A stretch of 62,400 bases of DNA, taken from a bacterium. Its GTDB lineage: Bacteria; Patescibacteriota; Patescibacteriia; UBA9570. The position numbers were made by a program, and so were the translations under genes. The stretch is from NCBI GenBank assembly GCA_030698395.1, contig JAUYKW010000005.1, positions 1 through 62,400 on the forward strand, read 5' to 3'. Shown piece after piece: positions 18,012-25,973 of the stretch; within the stretch, counting starts at the first letter, position 1; the number at the start of each line of letters is the position of its first letter. The notes beneath the pieces were generated by a model. The model made no database searches. It saw only the letters and a program-made list of their open reading frames with translations, and was not told where the DNA came from.

Positions 18012-19512
18012 ACAAAAAAGGCTGTTCTATTATTTATTTGTATTTACTACTGGTACAGCAGTTATGATGTTAGAATTTGCAGCATCTCGCATTATGGCTC
18101 CTTGGTTTGGGAGTTCAATTTTTGTGTGGGGTAATATCATTGGAGTAATATTAATTGCTTTATCTTTAGGATATTACATGGGTGGTAGAATTGCAGATAA
18201 AAATCCACAGCAAAGTGGTTTGATGAAAATAACTTTGACCGCTGGTTTATTCACTAGTTTAATCCCAATTATTTCAACCGTTTTGATGTCTCAAACCAAT
18301 TTACTTACTGCGGTAAATAGTTTTTCTTTAATTTTGAGTATTGTTGGATCATTTATGGTAGTGCTCTTGGTTTTTGCAACTCCAATTTGTCTGCTGGGTA
18401 TGGTTAGTCCATATGTTATTAGGTTAGCTACTAGTTCAGTTTCTGAGGCAGGTAAAGTTGCTGGCACATTATATGCTGTATCTACTATTGGAAGTATTGT
18501 TGGTACATTTGCGAGTGCTTTTGTGTTAGTACCTTTTTTAGGGAGCAGAGAAACTGTCTTATTATCAGCTACAGCATTGATACTTGTCTCTGTAATTGGA
18601 TACGGTAATAAAATATGGTTATATGGTTTGCTGTTGGTACCATTAGGAGTTTACATGGTGTTCGGTGGTACTGCTTTGCGCGCTAACGCTGAAATGATTA
18701 CAGAAACAGAAACATTATATCAATATGTTCGAGTGCAAGATGATGGTGAGCGGCTGGCATTATTATTTAATGAAGGATTAGGTACGCAGTCTTATTTTAT
18801 GAAATCTGGCGTTTTAACCGGGGCATACTATGATTACCTTTCTTTAATTCCATATCTCCAGCCATTACCAGATAATGCGGAGTTATTAGTTTTAGGCATG
18901 GCAGGTGGTACTATAACGCGTCAGTATGATAAGTATTTTCCGGACATTGATATTACAGGAGTAGAACTAGATCCAGAAGTAGTAGAAATAGCTAAGGAGT
19001 ATTTTGCTTTAGATGAGCAGGATATTAATATCAAGATAGGCGATGCTCGAAATTATGTTAGATCATCTGAAGAAAAGTACGATATTATAATTATTGATGC
19101 TTATACAAATGAGTATTACATTCCTTGGCACATGACAACCCTTGAATTTTTTGGAGAACTAAAGAATGTATTGGTTGATGGTGGCGTTGTCGGTTTTAAT
19201 GTAGGTAGTTTTTCAGCAGAGAGTGCGTTACTTCAATCTATGATAGCTACTTTGTACGAACAGTTTAATTACGTGGTGATTGTTCAAATTCCAGATACAT
19301 TTAATTATGTAGTAATGGCAAGTGATCATCAGTTTTCAACAACTAGATTGCAGGATATCAAAGATGAACGTAGGAGTGTAGCAAATGTTATTTATCAGGA
19401 TATTAATTTAGTCACAGCTCAAGATTCTGCTATGATTCTAACTGACAATAGGGCACCGATAGAATTTTTTACTGAATCAATGATAGTAGATTATATTAAG
19501 CAAGTTTTTTAA
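18004..19512 (+). CDS. Membrane-fused spermidine-synthase-like (PABS fold) protein
   Basis: 502 aa. About 7 N-terminal TM helices, then a methyltransferase-like GMAGGTITRQ...ITGVELDPEVV...IIIIDAY region. Confidence 0.75.
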   Translation: MTKQKRLFYYLFVFTTGTAVMMLEFAASRIMAPWFGSSIFVWGNIIGVILIALSLGYYMGGRIADKNPQQSGLMKITLTAGLFTSLIPIISTVLMSQTNLLTAVNSFSLILSIVGSFMVVLLVFATPICLLGMVSPYVIRLATSSVSEAGKVAGTLYAVSTIGSIVGTFASAFVLVPFLGSRETVLLSATALILVSVIGYGNKIWLYGLLLVPLGVYMVFGGTALRANAEMITETETLYQYVRVQDDGERLALLFNEGLGTQSYFMKSGVLTGAYYDYLSLIPYLQPLPDNAELLVLGMAGGTITRQYDKYFPDIDITGVELDPEVVEIAKEYFALDEQDINIKIGDARNYVRSSEEKYDIIIIDAYTNEYYIPWHMTTLEFFGELKNVLVDGGVVGFNVGSFSAESALLQSMIATLYEQFNYVVIVQIPDTFNYVVMASDHQFSTTRLQDIKDERRSVANVIYQDINLVTAQDSAMILTDNRAPIEFFTESMIVDYIKQVF

Positions 19513-19515
19513 TTT

Positions 19516-19926
19516 ATGAATAATCGTATAACCGTATATACAGATGGTGGAGCTAGAGGTAATCCTGGCCCGGCAGGCGCTGGTGTTTATAGTCCCCAGA
19601 TGGGTGAGTTTCATAAATATCTAGGTACTGCAACGAATAATCAAGCAGAGTATACAGCTTTGCTTATGGCTATTACAGAGGCTGTGGCATACAAGGAAAA
19701 GCATCCGGAAATTGATGAGGTGGAATGTTTTTTGGATTCTGAATTAGTTGTTAAACAAATGAATCGGGAATACAAAGTAAAGAATGAAGAATTACAAAAG
19801 ATATTTGTAAAAATTTGGAATTTAACTATCAAGTTCAAAAAAGTAACATTTACTCATGTGCGCAGAGAATATAATAAAGATGCGGATCGTTTAGTGAATG
19901 TAGCTATTGATGGCGCGTTGAAATAA
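19516..19926 (+). CDS. rnhA: Ribonuclease HI
   Basis: 136 aa. DEDD catalytic pattern: YTDGGARGNPG, NNQAEYTAL, LDSELVV, NKDADRLVN. Confidence 0.85.
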   Translation: MNNRITVYTDGGARGNPGPAGAGVYSPQMGEFHKYLGTATNNQAEYTALLMAITEAVAYKEKHPEIDEVECFLDSELVVKQMNREYKVKNEELQKIFVKIWNLTIKFKKVTFTHVRREYNKDADRLVNVAIDGALK

Positions 19927-19984
19927 ATAAGGCTAACTTTGGCATTTATTAGTTAATATTTATAGTATATTGCGTTTTTTTTGG

Positions 19985-20013
19985 TTGACAAATCAGGGCT
20001 TTTTTGCCATTAT
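19985..20013 (+). promoter_or_regulatory. Promoter TTGACA-17-CATTAT for RNase P RNA
   Basis: ttgaca at 19985-19990, 17-nt spacer, cattat at 20008-20013. The predicted start around 20020 coincides with the 5' end of helix P1. Confidence 0.55.
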
Positions 20014-20020
20014 ACCATGG

Positions 20021-20458
20021 CCTTTGATTAAGCTAGATGGCTGCTCCGAACTTTTTCGCTAACGTGAAACTGAACGGAGAGGAAAGTCCGAACACCCCCA
20101 TTTCATAGGCTTTGCTTGTGGAGTGGAGCAAGGTAGCGGGTAACGCCCGTCTCCCAACGAGCTATTTACGTAACTTGAAGGGACGAGGTGCGATCAGTGA
20201 CGCATTTTCCCGTGAGGGAAGTGTATCCCTAAATTTAGGGATAAATCTAGTGGTAACACTAGAGTGAAACGGCTAAATCCTTACCCGGGTGCAAGAGCAA
20301 AATTTCGTAATGATAAACATATGTTTATTACGAATGGTAGTTCGCACGACCTGGACAGTAATGTACAGGCTAGATAGATAGTCATCCCCGCCTACATCGC
20401 TATGCGCAAGCATTGCGGGCAGGCTCGACAGAATTCGGCTTATCGGCTAATTGAAGGC
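20021..20458 (+). ncRNA. rnpB: RNase P RNA, bacterial type A
   Basis: P4 halves GAGGAAAGTCCG (20079-20090) and ACAGAATTCGGCTTA (20428-20442), GGTAACGCC, GCTAGATAGATAGTCATCC, and P1 pairing of 20021-20033 with 20446-20457. Colinear with E. coli M1 RNA landmarks. Confidence 0.9.
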
Positions 20459-20460
20459 TA

Positions 20461-20493
20461 CCCAGCCCCGCACGTTAGGTGCGGGGTACTGGG
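20461..20493 (+). terminator. GC-rich hairpin immediately 3' of rnpB (terminator or processing stem)
   Basis: 8-bp stem ccccgcac/gtgcgggg (20466-20473 with 20479-20486) plus 5 outer pairs. The downstream U-tract is weak. Confidence 0.45.
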
Positions 20494-20501
20494 AATTTGA
20501 T

Positions 20502-20507
20502 TAATAT
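20502..20507 (+). promoter_or_regulatory. -10-like TAATAT, 6 nt upstream of the ATG at 20514
   Basis: ttaatatatttttATG; no clear -35 box. Confidence 0.3.
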
Positions 20508-20513
20508 ATTTTT

Positions 20514-21941
20514 ATGAGGCGAGTTGAATTATTAGTTACCGCAATTCTAGTTCCCCTGGATTTTATCATGCTGTTAATTGCAGCATGGTTAGCTTATCGT
20601 ATTAGATTTGGTGAGCCAGTAACTGATATTAGACAAGCGGTTTATACTTTGCCGCTAGATGAATATTTGCGAGTTGCCGCTGTAATTTCATTAGTCATGT
20701 TAGTTATCTTTGCTTGGAATGGATTGTACGCAGTAGTCGGCACCAGACGAATTGTGGATGAGTTCCGTAAGATTTTCTTAGCTTGCTCAACGGGAGTGAT
20801 GGTATTGATTGTTTTGTTTTTCTTTAATCGTGATTTATTTTCTTCAAGATTTATTATTTTAATTGGTTGGATATTAAGTGTTGTATTGGTTGCATTTACT
20901 CGTTTCATTGTTATTCAAATAGAACGGTCGTTATTTAGTAAAGGAATTGGCGTACACCGAGTGTTATTAGTGGGAAATCATCGTACTGCTATTACTTTAA
21001 AAAGTGCGATAGATCATAGTTCTGCTCTAGGGCTAAAAGTTGTAGAACAAGCAGATAAGGTAGATGATAATTTATTTATCAAATTGCCGAAGGTAATTAA
21101 GCTGAAGAAAATTGATGAAATTATATCAGCCGATCCTACACTTACTCGTTTGGATATAGCTCGCCTGATTGAGTTTTGTAAGAATAATCATATTGATTTT
21201 AAATACGCTGCTGATATTTTTGATTCGCAGGTTAGCCATATATCTATTAGGCCAATTGCTGGAATACCGTTGGTGGAGCTTCGTGGTACTCCATTACAAG
21301 GTTGGGGTAGAATTTTTAAGCGTTTGATGGATATTATTCTTTCAGCTTTGGCATTGATAGTTTTTGGTCCGATAATGTTATTAACAGCTTTGGCAGTAAG
21401 AATAAATTCTCCTGGATCAGTCATTTATAAAAACCGAAGAGTTGGTGAAAATGGCAAGGTTTTTGATACTCTCAAATTCAGATCTATGAAGCAAGAATTT
21501 TGTATTACAGATGATAATCCAAAAAATGAAGAAGCGTTGAAATTGGAACAAGAATTGATTCAAAAAAGGAGCATTAAAGAGGGTCCAATTTACAAAATAA
21601 AAGATGATCCCAGAGTTACAACGGTGGGCAAGATAATTAGAGCTACATCTTTGGATGAATTTCCACAATTTATTAATGTATTGAAAGGTGAGATGAGCTT
21701 AGTTGGACCGCGACCGCATCAACCTAGAGAAGTAGAAAAGTATGAAGATTATCAGAAAGCAACTTTAGGAATGAAGCCTGGTGTTACAGGATTGTCTCAA
21801 ATTTCTGGTAGATCTGATTTAGAATTCTTTGAAGAAGTTCGGCTGGATACTTATTACATGGAAAATTGGAGCATTATATTAGATGCTTATATTTTATTTA
21901 AAACGCCATTTATTTTATTTAAGAAACGTAAAGCTGTATGA
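20514..21941 (+). CDS. Polyprenyl-phosphate sugar-phosphate transferase (WcaJ/WbaP-type priming enzyme)
   Basis: 475 aa. N-terminal TM helices and a C-terminal bacterial sugar transferase domain (SLVGPRPHQPRE, KPGVTGLSQISGRSDL). Confidence 0.88.
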   Translation: MRRVELLVTAILVPLDFIMLLIAAWLAYRIRFGEPVTDIRQAVYTLPLDEYLRVAAVISLVMLVIFAWNGLYAVVGTRRIVDEFRKIFLACSTGVMVLIVLFFFNRDLFSSRFIILIGWILSVVLVAFTRFIVIQIERSLFSKGIGVHRVLLVGNHRTAITLKSAIDHSSALGLKVVEQADKVDDNLFIKLPKVIKLKKIDEIISADPTLTRLDIARLIEFCKNNHIDFKYAADIFDSQVSHISIRPIAGIPLVELRGTPLQGWGRIFKRLMDIILSALALIVFGPIMLLTALAVRINSPGSVIYKNRRVGENGKVFDTLKFRSMKQEFCITDDNPKNEEALKLEQELIQKRSIKEGPIYKIKDDPRVTTVGKIIRATSLDEFPQFINVLKGEMSLVGPRPHQPREVEKYEDYQKATLGMKPGVTGLSQISGRSDLEFFEEVRLDTYYMENWSIILDAYILFKTPFILFKKRKAV

Positions 21942-23047
21942 AAATTGCTTTAGTACATGATCATCTTGCACAGGATGGGGGAGCAGAAAAAGTTGTAATG
22001 GCCTTTCATGAAATTTGGCCAGAAGCGCCAATTTATGTACTTGTTCATGATGAGGATTCTGCACATGAAATTTTCAAAGACAAAGACATTAGAACTTCAT
22101 TTATCCAAAAATTGCCACTAGGTATTAAAAAATATCAATGGTACTTTCCTATCATGCCTACTGCAGTAGAGGGATATGATTTAATGGAATATGACGTAGT
22201 GTTATCAAGTACTGCATCTTTTGCTAAGGGCATAATTACGCGCCCAGATACACTGCATATATGTTATTGTCATACACCTACTAGATATTTATGGAGTGAT
22301 ACCCATAGTTATGTGAAAGAGTTAGAGGTTTCTCCTATTGTAAAATGGACATTACCTTTCTTTTTGTCTTATATTAGAATTTGGGATAAGATGGCCGCAG
22401 AAAGAGTAGATAAATTTATTGCGAATTCACGATTGGTTCAGGATAGAATTACTAAGTATTACAAAGCAGATAGTGACATTATTTATCCTCCTGTATCCAT
22501 GGATAAATTCTCAATTGGAGAAACTGGGGATTATTATTTAGCTGGTGGTAGATTAGTATCCTATAAAAGATTTGATATAATTATAGAAGCTTTTAATCGG
22601 TTGGGTAGAAAGTTAAAGATTTTTGGAAATGGTCCTGAGATGGAAAATTTACAAAAACAGGCTGGTAAAAGTATAGAATTCATTGGTAAAGTTTCTGATG
22701 AAGAGTTGGCAAAATTATATAGAGAGGCTAATGCATTTATCAATCCGCAAATAGAAGATTTTGGCATTACGATGGTTGAGGCCATGGCATCAGGTACACC
22801 AGTAATTGCTTATCGAGCAGGAGGCGCAGAAGAGATTATACAGCCAGGTGTGACAGGGGAATTTTTTAAATATCAGACGTGGGAAGATTTAGCAGATACT
22901 GTTGTAAAGTTTAAGCCTGCAGAATATGATTCACAGCGGATTAGAGCGGAAGCAGAAAAATATTCTTTATCAATTTTTAAACAAAAGATTCAACAATATG
23001 TTGAAACCGAATATAAGAAATTAAATTCTACAGAGTTATGGAAATGA
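21938..23047 (+). CDS. Glycosyltransferase, GT4-like
   Basis: 369 aa. C-terminal EDFGITMVEAMASGTPVIA (EX7E region). Confidence 0.85.
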   Translation: MKIALVHDHLAQDGGAEKVVMAFHEIWPEAPIYVLVHDEDSAHEIFKDKDIRTSFIQKLPLGIKKYQWYFPIMPTAVEGYDLMEYDVVLSSTASFAKGIITRPDTLHICYCHTPTRYLWSDTHSYVKELEVSPIVKWTLPFFLSYIRIWDKMAAERVDKFIANSRLVQDRITKYYKADSDIIYPPVSMDKFSIGETGDYYLAGGRLVSYKRFDIIIEAFNRLGRKLKIFGNGPEMENLQKQAGKSIEFIGKVSDEELAKLYREANAFINPQIEDFGITMVEAMASGTPVIAYRAGGAEEIIQPGVTGEFFKYQTWEDLADTVVKFKPAEYDSQRIRAEAEKYSLSIFKQKIQQYVETEYKKLNSTELWK

Positions 23048-23661
23048 AAAATCATCTTCAATATATAAAAAAATATATCATCTTTATTCTAGTTTTTGGA
23101 TTAGTTACTGCTGGAGTGGCTTATGCTGTTAGTAGTAATCGACCGGCATCATACAAAACTGTAATGTCGTATGAACTAGAGTTAATCAATCGTAGTGCTA
23201 CAAGTGAGTATCAGTATGGATCTTACTATGATTTGAAAGGCTCTGAAATTTTTGCACAACATCTGATGAGTTTAATGCGGAGCCCAGCGGTAATTGAAGA
23301 TATTTTTCGTCAGGCTGGAATTAGTTATGAAATAGACAACTTAAGTAGATTTACCAATCAGTTTCGAACTGATCAGGGGTCTGCACAACATTTTTCAGTA
23401 ACATTTTCTCGTTATAACCGATCTGAAGCTGAAAGTATCGCAACTGCTATGACAGATGTTCTTAGTGAGCGTGTAGCTACATCTCAAGTTGATGATAATC
23501 AAAAAAGTATGTTTAAGTTGAGATCTAGTGAGCCAGTAATTCTATATGAAGAAGTTAATGTTTGGTTGGCAGTAATTGTTGCATTGTTAGCAGGTTGGCT
23601 ATTCGCTTTAGCTTTGGTTTATTTAAAACGTTATTTACAATCTGAATCAGTAAGTAAATAA
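23038..23661 (+). CDS. Short Wzz/PCP-like bitopic membrane protein (tentative)
   Basis: 207 aa with one TM helix at each end around a ~140-aa soluble loop, embedded among glycosyltransferases. Call rests on topology only. Confidence 0.4.
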   Translation: MEMKNHLQYIKKYIIFILVFGLVTAGVAYAVSSNRPASYKTVMSYELELINRSATSEYQYGSYYDLKGSEIFAQHLMSLMRSPAVIEDIFRQAGISYEIDNLSRFTNQFRTDQGSAQHFSVTFSRYNRSEAESIATAMTDVLSERVATSQVDDNQKSMFKLRSSEPVILYEEVNVWLAVIVALLAGWLFALALVYLKRYLQSESVSK

Positions 23662-23692
23662 TTACTTTGATTTTGTTTAATCGCATATCTAT

Positions 23693-24802
23693 ATGCGGAT
23701 AGGAGTTGATGCAAGATCTTTAACGGAAATCTATCCTTCTGGTATAAGTGTTTACGCCTATTATATTATAAAGGCTATGGCTCATGTATCACCAGATGAT
23801 GATTTTATTTTGTTTGTTAGTGGTAGGTCTATTAAAAATGCTCCTTTTCTAAGGCAACTAGATAAAATAAATAATATTCAGGTAAGGCACTTACCATTGC
23901 CGAATAAAATATTTCATGGATTATCCTTATTGAATCTATCAGTAAAAATTGATAGATATTTAGGTGGAGTGGATGTAATGTTTGCGCCGAATATTCATTT
24001 GATGCCTTTAAGTAGGGATGTGCCATTAGTTCTAACTGTGCATGATCTAGGATTTATTTATTATAGACATTTTTTATCACGGCGTCGTAAATTATGGCAT
24101 CAATTAGTACGTCCTCAAAAGTTGATTAACCGAGCAACATCTATTGTAGCTGTTTCTGAACAAACTAGAACTGATTTGATAAAATCTTGTTGTGTTGAGC
24201 CAGAAAAAATTAGTACAGTTTATTCTGGTATACCAGATGCCGAGGAAGAATCAAAGTTGGCAGATATTCCAGAAAGATATGTATTAGCCTTATCAACTGT
24301 TGAGCCAAGAAAAAATATTACAGCATTAATGGTAGCTTATGATAGTTATTTAGCACGGTATCCGGAGAGTAATTTAAAATTAGTTATTGCAGGATCTGGT
24401 GGATGGAATTCAAAGAAGTTAATTGCAGATATCAAGCAACATCCAAGTATGCATTACTTGGGTTATGTAACTGAACAAGAAAAAACATATCTGTTAAATA
24501 ACGCTAGCATCTTTTTTTATGGTAGCATTTATGAAGGGTTTGGATTTCCTCCTTTAGAAGCTTTACGTGCTGGAGTTCCGGTAATAGCAGGATTAAGTGG
24601 TTCATTACCAGAAATATTAAAGACATCTGCATATTTTATAGATCCTTATTCTGTAGAGGAACTATCTCAAGCTATATACAACTTAGATACAGATATTTCA
24701 TTAAGGGAAGGGTTTAAAAAAGAAGGCATTGAAGTTATTGAACAACTGAGTTGGAAAACTGCTGCAACGGAGACTATGAAAGTTTTACGGGAAGCTATAT
24801 AA
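23693..24802 (+). CDS. Glycosyltransferase, GT4-like
   Basis: 369 aa. YEGFGFPPLEALRAGVPVIA motif. Confidence 0.85.
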   Translation: MRIGVDARSLTEIYPSGISVYAYYIIKAMAHVSPDDDFILFVSGRSIKNAPFLRQLDKINNIQVRHLPLPNKIFHGLSLLNLSVKIDRYLGGVDVMFAPNIHLMPLSRDVPLVLTVHDLGFIYYRHFLSRRRKLWHQLVRPQKLINRATSIVAVSEQTRTDLIKSCCVEPEKISTVYSGIPDAEEESKLADIPERYVLALSTVEPRKNITALMVAYDSYLARYPESNLKLVIAGSGGWNSKKLIADIKQHPSMHYLGYVTEQEKTYLLNNASIFFYGSIYEGFGFPPLEALRAGVPVIAGLSGSLPEILKTSAYFIDPYSVEELSQAIYNLDTDISLREGFKKEGIEVIEQLSWKTAATETMKVLREAI

Positions 24803-24809
24803 TGGTTCC

Positions 24810-25973
24810 ATGCGAATTGGAATAGATGCCCGTTTTTTTGGGGGAGAACAATCAAAAGGTTTGGGTCGTTATACTCAAAAGCTTATTGAACATCTTTTAT
24901 CTATCGATACAGAACATACTTATGTTATTTTCTTACAAGAAGAAGCATATGATGATTGGGAATATAAACGTGATAATGTAGAAATAGTAAAGGCTCCTTA
25001 TCCATGGTATTCATTAACAGAGCAACTATTAATGCCATTATTGATATATAAGCAAAAAGTTAATTTGATGCACTTTCCTCACTTCAATGTACCTTTGTTA
25101 TATCGCGGTCCATTTATAGTAACTATTCATGATTTAATCATTAGTAGGTTTCCAACTTCACGTGCCACAACATTAGGACCATTAACATATAAACTAAAGC
25201 AGTTTGGTTATAATCGTGTTATTTCACATGCAGCTCATCGTGCAAAAAAAATTATTACCGTATCGGATTATTCCAAGAAGGACATCATAGATTTTTTCCA
25301 TATTAAGAAAGAAATGATTTCAATAACGTATGAAGCAGTTGATGGTTTCAATCATGCAGATTTATCTGATGAAGACGTTAAGAAGATATTGATCAAGAAT
25401 AAAATTTCAAAACCATATTTATTATATATTGGAAATGCCTATCCACATAAAAATTTAGAAGTACTATTAAAGATGATGTCTCAATTAAAGAAAGAGGGAA
25501 GACAATCTTTTAAATTGGTGTTTGTGGGGAAGGAAGATTATTTTTATTTAAATATTCAACAGGAGGCTTGGGCTTTAGATGTAGATGATCAAATTATTTT
25601 TACAGGATTTGTACCAGATAATGAATTAGCTGCTTTATATAAGGGATCGTTTGCATATATATTTCCATCTAAATATGAGGGCTTTGGTTTACCACCATTA
25701 GAAGCGATGTACTATGGTACTCCAGTAATATCTTCAAACTCTTCTTGTTTACCAGAGGTTCTTGGAGATGCTGCTTTGTACTTTGATTTTGACGACGTTA
25801 GTGGTATAATAAATCAGATTTTTTCATTGGAGGAGAGCTCACGCCTTCGTGAAGAACTAATTATCAATGGTAGGAAACAAATCAAGCGTTATAGTTGGCG
25901 CAAGATGGCAAAACAAACAATAAAAATATATGAGTCAGTTCTCGCCGAATCTAAAACCAAAATCACTTCATAA
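24810..25973 (+). CDS. Glycosyltransferase, GT4-like
   Basis: 387 aa. YEGFGLPPLEAMYYGTPVIS motif. Confidence 0.85.
   Translation: MRIGIDARFFGGEQSKGLGRYTQKLIEHLLSIDTEHTYVIFLQEEAYDDWEYKRDNVEIVKAPYPWYSLTEQLLMPLLIYKQKVNLMHFPHFNVPLLYRGPFIVTIHDLIISRFPTSRATTLGPLTYKLKQFGYNRVISHAAHRAKKIITVSDYSKKDIIDFFHIKKEMISITYEAVDGFNHADLSDEDVKKILIKNKISKPYLLYIGNAYPHKNLEVLLKMMSQLKKEGRQSFKLVFVGKEDYFYLNIQQEAWALDVDDQIIFTGFVPDNELAALYKGSFAYIFPSKYEGFGLPPLEAMYYGTPVISSNSSCLPEVLGDAALYFDFDDVSGIINQIFSLEESSRLREELIINGRKQIKRYSWRKMAKQTIKIYESVLAESKTKITS

Noticed and set aside
19927-20020. tRNA, tmRNA or SRP RNA in the intergenic spacers (19927-20020, 41751-42038, 45175-45564, 47002-47264, 51971-52162, 62014-62160).
   Set aside because: I saw no cloverleaf-compatible acceptor/T-arm (GTTCRANYC) pattern, no SRP domain IV motif and no tmRNA tag-like features by eye. 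Only RNase P RNA was recognisable.
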